Positions 36,402 through 43,266 of a stretch of 43,266 bases of DNA are shown piece by piece. Positions within the stretch are counted from its first letter, which is position 1, and every line of letters starts with the position of its first letter. Position numbers and translations under genes: made by a program. The notes under the pieces are model-generated. The model made no database searches and was not told the origin of the DNA. It worked only from the letters and a program-made list of their open reading frames with translations. The stretch comes from Methanobacteriota archaeon (GTDB taxonomy: Archaea; Hydrothermarchaeota; Hydrothermarchaeia; Hydrothermarchaeales; JACRDW01), in assembly GCA_043820925.1 (NCBI GenBank), contig JBDRDL010000088.1:1-43266 (forward strand). Direction: 5' to 3'.

Positions 36402-37363
36402 TGGTATTAGGAGAGAAAGCAAGCTATGTGAAGTGCCGCTGGAAGTGCGAAGCAAGCCTATCTGCGAGCAGGTGCTGGTATTACAGGCGGCACCTGAAAG
36501 AGGTCAGCGAAGAAGAGCTTTTTGCTTCAGGACACAGAGGCTGCGCAGGGTGCGGAAACGTCATAACCGTCAGGCTTGCGCTAAAGGCGAGCGGAAAAAA
36601 TGTTATTGTAGTTTCTCCGACAGGCTGTACAGAGGTAATCTCCACGTTATATCCGGAAACTTCCTGGAAAGTGCCCTGGATACATGCAAATTTTGAAAAT
36701 GCAGGGGCAGTTGCGAGCGGAATATCTGATGCGCTAAAAGTTTTGTTGAGAAAAGGAAAAATTGAAAGCAAGCCAAAAGTAATCGCAATCGCCGGCGATG
36801 GAGGCACTGTAGACATAGGGTTACAATCCCTGAGCGGAGCGATGGAGCGTGGGCACGACCTGCTCTACATCTGCGTTGACAATGAAGCTTATATGAATAC
36901 CGGAGTCCAGAGAAGCGGAGCAACTCCTTACGGAGCCTATACCACGACTTCTCCTTTGGGTCAGGATACTCAGAAAAAGGACATGCCTGCTATAATAGCT
37001 GCGCACCGCATACCTTACGTAGCAACTGCAAATATATCTCTTCCCCTGGATTTTATCGAGAAAGTTAAAAAGGCAGTTTCGATAGAGGGCGCATCTTACA
37101 TTCATGTTCTTGCTCCTTGTCCTACCGGCTGGGGATTTCCGAGCGAGAAAACAATAGAGCTTGGCAGGCTTGCGGCAGATACAGGGATGTGGATGCTATA
37201 TGAAATTTTAAATGAAGAACTCAGAATAACTTACAGACCAACAACAAAAGTCCCAGTAAAAGAATATCTAAAAGTCCAGAAAAGATTTGCTCACCTGAGC
37301 GAGGAAACAATTAAAAAAATTCAGGAAGATATAGATAAGAAATGGGCAGAGGCGTTTAAATAG
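36398..37363 (+). CDS. porB: Pyruvate:ferredoxin oxidoreductase beta subunit
   Basis: [12 protein letters not shown] motif GDGG...[15 protein letters not shown]. Confidence 0.93.
   Translation: MMVLGEKASYVKCRWKCEASLSASRCWYYRRHLKEVSEEELFASGHRGCAGCGNVITVRLALKASGKNVIVVSPTGCTEVISTLYPETSWKVPWIHANFENAGAVASGISDALKVLLRKGKIESKPKVIAIAGDGGTVDIGLQSLSGAMERGHDLLYICVDNEAYMNTGVQRSGATPYGAYTTTSPLGQDTQKKDMPAIIAAHRIPYVATANISLPLDFIEKVKKAVSIEGASYIHVLAPCPTGWGFPSEKTIELGRLAADTGMWMLYEILNEELRITYRPTTKVPVKEYLKVQKRFAHLSEETIKKIQEDIDKKWAEAFK
36433..36493 (+). repeat. Hairpin insert in the porB N-terminal coding region
   Basis: GTGCCGC...GCGGCAC stem with internal TGC-GAA-GCA and CTGC-GA-GCAG mini-hairpins. Confidence 0.5.
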
Positions 37364-37525
37364 CGGATGTCTAACTTTCTACCTCGCCTAAAGAAACGAC
37401 TTCACGTTTGCCACTTTTGTATTTTTCAAGTGCGAAGAGTTTTTATTTGAGGAGGGGTGGATATGAAAGCGATGGGTTCAATATCACTACAAAATTATAT
37501 AAGAATTTATACATGATATCTACTC

Positions 37526-37990
37526 ATGAGAATTTATCTCGATCTGTGTGCTTGGAATAGACCCTACGATAGCTGGGATGATGCAAAGGTAAAAGAGGAA
37601 GCCTTTGCAGTTATGCACCTACTCGAACGTTCAGATGTCACGATTATAAGTTCAAGATTCGCGATGCGCATGATAGAAGAAATCTCAAGCGACATTAAAT
37701 ACGAGCATGTGTATTCTTTGATGAGGGAATACACCAAAGAGGTTGTGAAAGAAGAAGCGGTAATGCTCGACCAAGCCACAGAGATTCAGCATAACTGCAA
37801 ACTTTCAAAATTAGAGGATGCGCTTCATCTGATAATTGCATGTTATGGCGATGCCGAATACTTTGTAACAACCGACCAAGAAGTTTTAAATAAAAGAGGG
37901 TGCATAAAGTCACAATTGCAGAAGTTAGGATTTGATATTAATATAGTCAATCCAATAGACTTGGTGAGAAACTATGGAAGCACTATCTAA
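37526..37990 (+). CDS. PIN-domain (VapC-like) ribonuclease
   Basis: IYLDLCAWNRPYD, DALHL..A, YFVTTD, IVNP. Confidence 0.85.
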   Translation: MRIYLDLCAWNRPYDSWDDAKVKEEAFAVMHLLERSDVTIISSRFAMRMIEEISSDIKYEHVYSLMREYTKEVVKEEAVMLDQATEIQHNCKLSKLEDALHLIIACYGDAEYFVTTDQEVLNKRGCIKSQLQKLGFDINIVNPIDLVRNYGSTI

Positions 37991-38165
37991 GGAAAAGATT
38001 GAAAGAGCCATATACGTAGTTTATAAAGAACTTGGCGTTAAAGACGCGGTTCTATTTTTCAGGGCGATTAGCGGCGGGAAGGGTAACTTTACTATAGACC
38101 GCAACAAGATGCCCGAGTTTTCCGACAAGAACGTGAAAAAGATTTTTTCTGAACTCGTACGGTAG
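37974..38165 (+). CDS. Small protein, putative antitoxin partner of the PIN toxin
   Basis: 63 aa, overlaps the PIN gene, GGTGA SD, KELG...F....G.GNFT.DR pattern. Confidence 0.6.
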   Translation: MEALSKEKIERAIYVVYKELGVKDAVLFFRAISGGKGNFTIDRNKMPEFSDKNVKKIFSELVR

Positions 38166-38210
38166 AATTTTTATTTGAGGGGTTTGATAGAGTAGAAGAT
38201 GATGGGGGAA

Positions 38211-38274
38211 AGTTCGTATATCCTACCAAAACTGAACAAAAAGCGAATTTCGGATATGAGGAGTTATACGCAAT
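38211..38274 (+). other. Pair of dif-like 11-6-11 sites
   Basis: AGTTCGTATAT-CCTACC-AAAACTGAACA (38211-38238) and ATTTCGGATAT-GAGGAG-TTATACGCAAT (38247-38274). Confidence 0.5.
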
Positions 38275-38377
38275 TCCGCCCTTTCCGCTCTTTACTTCGC
38301 AGCAGATCTTGAAAAGTCTGCAGTTTTTTAAATGTACTGCACAAAAATATATAAATATGTGCAGTTAATGTAGACAT

Positions 38378-39634
38378 ATGCCTAAAATTAACGAAATTGT
38401 ACTGGCACACAAAAACGAGAAGGAAAAACTCCTGAAAGAGAGATATGTGAGAAGGGAGGTACACGAAAAAGTAGAGAAATTAATAGACAATGAGTTGATA
38501 AAAGTAATAATCGGGCCGAGAAGAGCAGGAAAGTCTGTTTTTTCCGCACTTCTTTTGAAGGACAGGGATTTTGCGTACCTGAATTTCGATGACGAAGAAC
38601 TGACAAAAATAAAGGATTATGACGAGATTTTAAAGGGCTTGGTCGAAGTTTATGGAAGAACGGATTATATCTTATTTGACGAAATTCAAAACTTGGATAA
38701 ATGGGAGCTTTTTGTCAACAGGCTCAAGAGGAAGGGCTTGAATCTCGTCCTTACGGGCTCAAATTCAAAGCTGCTGAGCAAAGAGCTGGCAACGCATTTA
38801 ACCGGCAGATACGTAGAAATAGAGATATTACCGTTTTCTTTCAGAGAATTTCTGGCGGCTAAAAATTTTAGACCTGAAAATGAAAGTTTAATCTTGAAAG
38901 AAACACAGGGCAGGCTGCTAAACCTTCTAACACAGTACCTAGAAGAAGGCGGGTTCCCCGAAGTTGCTGTCAAAGGATACGGCAAAGATTATCTGAAGAC
39001 CCTGTTTGACGGAATAATCTTCAAAGACGTTGTAAAAAGATATAATGTGAGATACTCGAGCAAAATCTATGATTTGGCTTTGTATCTTGCTTCTTCTATT
39101 TCAAAAAACACTTCATTTACAAAATTAAAGAACATTCTGAATTTCAGAAGCGTGCATACAGCGGAGAACTACACGAGATACTTGGAAGAGGCTTACCTTT
39201 TCTTGCTGCTCAACAGATTTTCCTATAAATTAAAAGAACAATTGAAATCGCCCAAGAAGATTTATTCTATTGATACGGGTACAGCCAATGCGGTCGGTTT
39301 TAAGTTTATGGGGGATACCGGCAGGTTAATGGAAAATTTAGTTGCTCTAGAACTTATACGCAGGGGTTTGGAGATTTATTACTGGAAGGACTACGCAGGG
39401 AAAGAAGTTGATTTCATAATAAAAAGAGGATTGGAAATCGAGCAGTTGATTCAGGTGTGCTATGACGTAGAAGACCCAGATACGAAAGAAAGAGAGGCAA
39501 ACGCCTTAGTAAAGGCTTCAAAAGAGTTGAAATGCAAAAACTTGCTGGTAATAACGTGGGATTATGAGGGCAAGGAGGAAATAAAGAAAAGGAAAATTAA
39601 ATTCATCCCGCTGTGGAAATGGCTGTTAGGTTAG
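38378..39634 (+). CDS. AAA+ ATPase with DUF4143 (COG1373-type)
   Basis: GPRRAGKS, FDEIQ, LTGS, GGFPE, KKIYSIDTG, EVDF, IQVC. Confidence 0.9.
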   Translation: MPKINEIVLAHKNEKEKLLKERYVRREVHEKVEKLIDNELIKVIIGPRRAGKSVFSALLLKDRDFAYLNFDDEELTKIKDYDEILKGLVEVYGRTDYILFDEIQNLDKWELFVNRLKRKGLNLVLTGSNSKLLSKELATHLTGRYVEIEILPFSFREFLAAKNFRPENESLILKETQGRLLNLLTQYLEEGGFPEVAVKGYGKDYLKTLFDGIIFKDVVKRYNVRYSSKIYDLALYLASSISKNTSFTKLKNILNFRSVHTAENYTRYLEEAYLFLLLNRFSYKLKEQLKSPKKIYSIDTGTANAVGFKFMGDTGRLMENLVALELIRRGLEIYYWKDYAGKEVDFIIKRGLEIEQLIQVCYDVEDPDTKEREANALVKASKELKCKNLLVITWDYEGKEEIKKRKIKFIPLWKWLLG

Positions 39635-39710
39635 AGATTTATACTCACGTTGCCATAGTAGATAATACGAAGTTCGTAATTGCCTTATGTCCCACACTTT
39701 TTTAAGCAAC

Positions 39711-39720
39711 ATTTTTATAT
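39711..39720 (+). promoter_or_regulatory. Putative TATA box for a leaderless ftr transcript
   Basis: TTTTATAT about 25 nt upstream of the ATG; no SD. Confidence 0.4.
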
Positions 39721-39740
39721 CTCTGCGCTAATTTATCCTC

Positions 39741-40628
39741 ATGCGGCTCAACAGCGTCGAAATTGAGGATACTTTCGCAGAAGCCTTTACGAGTTACTAC
39801 TCTCGATTCATAATAACTGCGGCAAGCGAGAAATGGGCGAAAATAGCTGCGCAGGAAGCAACCGGCTACGGCACCTCGCTCGTGGGCTGCGCCAGCGAAG
39901 CTGGCATAGAGCGATATATATCGCCTGAAGAGACGCCAGATAAAAGACCCGGCTATGCTGTTCAGGTCTGGGCACCGAAGGGCAAAATAAAAGACGAGCT
40001 TCTCGGAAGGATAGGGCAGTGCGTTTTAACTGCTCCTACGACTGCTGTGTGGAACTTCTGCGATTCCGAGGAAAAGCTCGACATCGGCTACAAGCTTAGA
40101 TTCTTCGGCGACGGCTATGAAAGGGTGGAGAAGCGCTACGGCAGGGAGGTCGTGGCTATACCGATAATGCTCGGGGAATTTTTAATCGAGAAAGAACTCG
40201 GCATAGGCAGGGGCATAGCGGGAGGGAATTTTTTAATCCTTGCGGACAAACAAGAATCTGCACTCGAAGCGGCAGAGAAAGCTGTTGGGGCGGTTTCTTC
40301 GGTTGTGGGGGTAATTACTCCTTTTCCTGGCGGCGTATGCGCTTCTGGCTCTAAAGTCGGCTCCAGAAAGTACAAATTCATGCGGGCAACGACAAACGAG
40401 CAATGCTGCCCTACGATATGCAACAGAGTAGAAAAAACAAAAGTTCGAGGCATGGGCGCAGTTGCAGAAATCGTAATCGATGGAATTTCCGAGGGAAGCG
40501 TCAGAGAAGCGATGCGTGCAGGAATCGAATCGGCTGCAAAAGCTAGGGGAGTTAAAAAAATAACAGCTGCAAACTATGGCGGAGCTCTGGGCAACGTTAG
40601 GATATATCTACGGGAGCTTTTGCGATAG
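39741..40628 (+). CDS. ftr: Formylmethanofuran-tetrahydromethanopterin N-formyltransferase
   Basis: IEDTFAEAF, TPDKRPG, RIGQCVLT, PFPGG..ASGSKVGS, NYGG.LG. Confidence 0.95.
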   Translation: MRLNSVEIEDTFAEAFTSYYSRFIITAASEKWAKIAAQEATGYGTSLVGCASEAGIERYISPEETPDKRPGYAVQVWAPKGKIKDELLGRIGQCVLTAPTTAVWNFCDSEEKLDIGYKLRFFGDGYERVEKRYGREVVAIPIMLGEFLIEKELGIGRGIAGGNFLILADKQESALEAAEKAVGAVSSVVGVITPFPGGVCASGSKVGSRKYKFMRATTNEQCCPTICNRVEKTKVRGMGAVAEIVIDGISEGSVREAMRAGIESAAKARGVKKITAANYGGALGNVRIYLRELLR

Positions 40629-40680
40629 CAAAAGCGGGTTTTTTGGCGGAAGACTTTTTTACACAAAAAAGGCTTCACTA
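40629..40680 (-). repeat. T/A-tract palindromic element related to the D/E modules, or a terminator
   Basis: Reverse strand reads AGCCTTTTTT-GTGT-AAAAAGTCTTCCG-CCAAAAAAC, similar to AGCCCTTTT..AAAAAG and CCAAAGAAAC. Confidence 0.45.
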
Positions 40681-40725
40681 GAAAAAAATATAAGGCATGT
40701 GGGAGATTCAAATTAGGGGATAAAT

Positions 40726-40955
40726 ATAATAGTAGAGCAAATCAAACTTAAGAACGGCGTTGCATTAGGAATAAAGATAGAGCTGGGGAGTGCTCCTCTC
40801 TTATTGATTAAAGCAGAGAAAGGTTTTGTGATGTGCGGGTATTTAAATATCAGCGCAGCTAACGCTTTAGGCGATGCTGCTGTGAGAGTTACAGGCGTCT
40901 CATCGGAGTTGTGGAAGGTATGAAAGGAAGAGATGCCTTGGAAAAAATGTTCTGA
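40726..40955 (+). pseudogene. DUF1805 (YunC-like) pseudogene
   Basis: IVEQIKLKNG...APLLLIKAEKGFVMCGYLN...VRVTGV, then a frameshift to GVVEGMKGRDALEKMF*; ATA where the start is expected. Confidence 0.7.
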
Positions 40956-40965
40956 GGTTAAGGAA

Positions 40966-41895
40966 ATGAAGAGAATTGTCCTGACAGCACTTATTTTGGT
41001 ATCGTTTCTATCTTATGCATATGCCCAGGAAATTACGGAGTATAAGGCGGAGGTTGAGGTTGCTGCCGAATCTGCGCTACGGCAAGAAATCTCTCTGACG
41101 ATATTTAACAATCACGACACCGCACTCGCAGAGCTGAGCTATCCATTCGCAGGCGAAGTAAGAACGCTTGGAGTTTATGATTCTTTTGGTGACCTGGACT
41201 TTTCGTTTGCATACAAGGGGGGAAAAACCTACATAAGTAGCGTATTTAGAAAACCGCTGCCTCCCGGCAAAAATTACACGATTACATATAAGTTTATTAC
41301 TCCAGAACAAATAGAGCCTCAGGGAGGGGATGCATACCTGTTATCGACTACGCATTACCTTCTAGCGAACGTTAAAAATTTTGAACTTACTATTGTACTG
41401 CCTGAAGGATATGGACTAATGAAGCCGGGAGCCATCCCTGAGCCAGCAAAAGTTAGTTCTGATGGGAGAAAGGTCATTGTAAGCTGGGATGTTAGAGAAC
41501 CAATACCGCCGTGGCTGAGAGAGTTTAAAGTTGCTGTAAGATATGAGTGGCTGGGGTGGTACTTTAACTACTATATCTTAATAGCGCTGGGCATAGCGCT
41601 CGGGTTGATATATGCTTATAAATACATCAAAGAGGAAGAAATATCGCTTGCAGACCTCTTTGACAGGAAAAAATATCTCATAGATAAAATAGAGATTCTA
41701 AAAGAAGACGAACAGGCGATTTTAAAATTGATAGTAGAACAAGATGGAATTGATCAAAGAGAAATCCAAAGAAAGACAGATTTTTCAAAAACAAAGGTTA
41801 GTAAGATACTTTCAGAATTAGAAAAGCGAGGAAATATTAGAAAAGAACCATATGGACGCAGAAATAAGATATTTTTGACAGATAAGATTAAATAG
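40966..41895 (+). CDS. Membrane-anchored protein with extracellular domain and C-terminal winged-helix (COG2512-like)
   Basis: Signal peptide, one TM segment, 'GIDQREIQRKTDFSKTKVSKILSELEKRG.I.KE..GR.NKI'. Confidence 0.8.
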   Translation: MKRIVLTALILVSFLSYAYAQEITEYKAEVEVAAESALRQEISLTIFNNHDTALAELSYPFAGEVRTLGVYDSFGDLDFSFAYKGGKTYISSVFRKPLPPGKNYTITYKFITPEQIEPQGGDAYLLSTTHYLLANVKNFELTIVLPEGYGLMKPGAIPEPAKVSSDGRKVIVSWDVREPIPPWLREFKVAVRYEWLGWYFNYYILIALGIALGLIYAYKYIKEEEISLADLFDRKKYLIDKIEILKEDEQAILKLIVEQDGIDQREIQRKTDFSKTKVSKILSELEKRGNIRKEPYGRRNKIFLTDKIK

Positions 41896-42112
41896 CGCAA
41901 ATAGAATAGTTTGGGAATGTTATTGAAGTTTGCATTGAATTGCTAAATATAAAGCATGCAGAAAATACTTATTTTTTAAAAATAAACATAAAGAAACGTT
42001 ATGAAACATAGAAAAGTATAAATTATGCTTTTTTTTGTTTGAAGAAAAATTGTTGCCAGAATAATTATAAATACAGCTAAAATACTATATACCATTAAAA
42101 AAAGGAATATTT

Positions 42113-42232
42113 ATGAGCGAAATGACCTGGACTATCATCATTGGGGGTATGAGCCTGTTGTTTGGAGTAATGCTGAACTTTATAGTAAAGAGCACAAATC
42201 CAAAGAGAAGTGGTCAGAATGAAATTCGGTAA
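42113..42232 (+). CDS. Putative 39-aa single-TM peptide; not in the ORF track
   Basis: MSEMTWTIIIGGMSLLFGVMLNFIVKSTNPKRSGQNEIR*; upstream TATA-like TTATAAATA; overlaps the next start. Confidence 0.4.
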   Translation: MSEMTWTIIIGGMSLLFGVMLNFIVKSTNPKRSGQNEIR

Positions 42233-42437
42233 TACTGCTCGAAAGGTGAATGCAATACTCGGTGTATTCAGGCATGGGGAGAAATTAAGAGGCAGGGAAA
42301 TTGTAGAGCGCATCAGAGGGAGAGGCTACAGGGTAAACGAGGGCAATTTGAATATGTTCATTTATTACAACATGCTCTACAAGTATCTGCAGAAGGAGCA
42401 GATAAAAGGAGTAAACCACTATTCCCTGGTGGGATAA
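42219..42437 (+). CDS. Small winged-helix-like hypothetical protein
   Basis: Basic 72-aa ORF 'ILGVFRHGEKLRGREIVERIRGRGY...YLQKEQIKGVNHYSL'; alternative GTG start at 42210. Confidence 0.55.
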   Translation: MKFGNTARKVNAILGVFRHGEKLRGREIVERIRGRGYRVNEGNLNMFIYYNMLYKYLQKEQIKGVNHYSLVG

Positions 42438-42484
42438 AGGCGTGCTGGCGCAATTTTTATATTAACTAATGATTATTTAATTGC

Positions 42485-43266
42485 ATGCCCCTCAAGCGAA
42501 TTCTTGAAAATTATAAAAAAGGAAAGATATCTCTCGAAGATGCAGAGAAAGAAGTAAGACTTTTCAGCATGGCAAAAATTTCCAACTGGAGTAATTTGGA
42601 CATTTGCAGGGAAAACAGGACAGGTGTTCCAGAAGTTGTTTTTGGGGAAGGAAAAACTGATGAAGAATTAGTCAGGCTTGTGAATGAATTCGTGAAAAGG
42701 AAGGGAAGGTGCATAATTACCCGTCTATCATCCTCGAGAATAGCTGCGCTGAAGAAAAAAATCAAAAAAATGAGTTTTGCGAAGAGTGAAAAGGCAGGCG
42801 TAGTTGTTGTAAAGTCGAGGGGATATAAGCTCAATCCAACGGGCGGCAGAGTTGCGATTCTCTGCGCAGGAACTTCTGACGTTGCAAGAGCAGAGGAAGC
42901 GAGGATAATTTCAGAAGAAATGGGATGCAGTGTTTTTACTTTTTATGACGTCGGAGTGGCAGGAATACACCGCCTCATACCTGCGATTAAGAAAATTATA
43001 AAGGAAGATGTGGACGTTGTTATCGCTGCAGCCGGAATGGAGGGTGCACTGCCCAGCGTTGTTGCGGGCTTGGTAGACGTACCTGTGATAGGCCTGCCGA
43101 TTTCAACAGGCTACGGCGCAGGAGGAAGGGGCGAAACTGCACTTTTTGCAATGCTCCAGAGCTGCTCTCCTGGCTTGAGCGTAGTCAACATAGACAACGG
43201 TTTTGGTGCCGGCGTAGTTGCTTCGCTGATTGCCAGCAGAGCTGCGAAATTCAGATGTTCGCCTGC
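42485..43266 (+). CDS. larB: Nickel-pincer cofactor biosynthesis protein LarB (runs off the window end)
   Basis: Hand translation: RTGVPEVVFGEGK, AGTSD, DVGVAGIHRL, AGMEGALPSVVAGLV, VVNIDNGFGAG. Confidence 0.9.
   Translation, partial: MPLKRILENYKKGKISLEDAEKEVRLFSMAKISNWSNLDICRENRTGVPEVVFGEGKTDEELVRLVNEFVKRKGRCIITRLSSSRIAALKKKIKKMSFAKSEKAGVVVVKSRGYKLNPTGGRVAILCAGTSDVARAEEARIISEEMGCSVFTFYDVGVAGIHRLIPAIKKIIKEDVDVVIAAAGMEGALPSVVAGLVDVPVIGLPISTGYGAGGRGETALFAMLQSCSPGLSVVNIDNGFGAGVVASLIASRAAKFRCSP

Overview
Archaeal chromosomal window, euryarchaeal-type gene order; ftr, an FrhB-like gene and porCDAB suggest an anaerobe with the H4MPT/methanofuran C1 pathway (lineage is inference). It holds a large surface protein, a SAMP/ThiS plus TtuA/NcsA pair, and the S10-spc-alpha ribosomal superoperon (rpl3 to rps2, with secY, cmk, cbf5, rpoD/N/K, eno and three tRNAs). 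Further on are MEMO1, mvk, a circularly permuted FrhB-like protein, porCDAB, ftr and a partial larB. Main signal: about 15 gene junctions carry a modular family of short structured repeats. These are hairpins of short helices separated by tandem G.A/A.G mismatches, capped by GNA triloops, with compensatory base changes. They have a GGGT/GAGT foot, occur as head-to-head doublets, nest inside one another, include a four-way-junction module, and sit on start codons. Some are translated in frame in rps5, rpl30, rps17, porA and porB. Second signal: 11-6-11 dif-like (tyrosine recombinase) sites and an attC-like hairpin border an AT-rich methyltransferase module and a PIN/AAA island. A UDG-like gene is inserted inside the spc operon. 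All calls come from reading the sequence; no searches were run.
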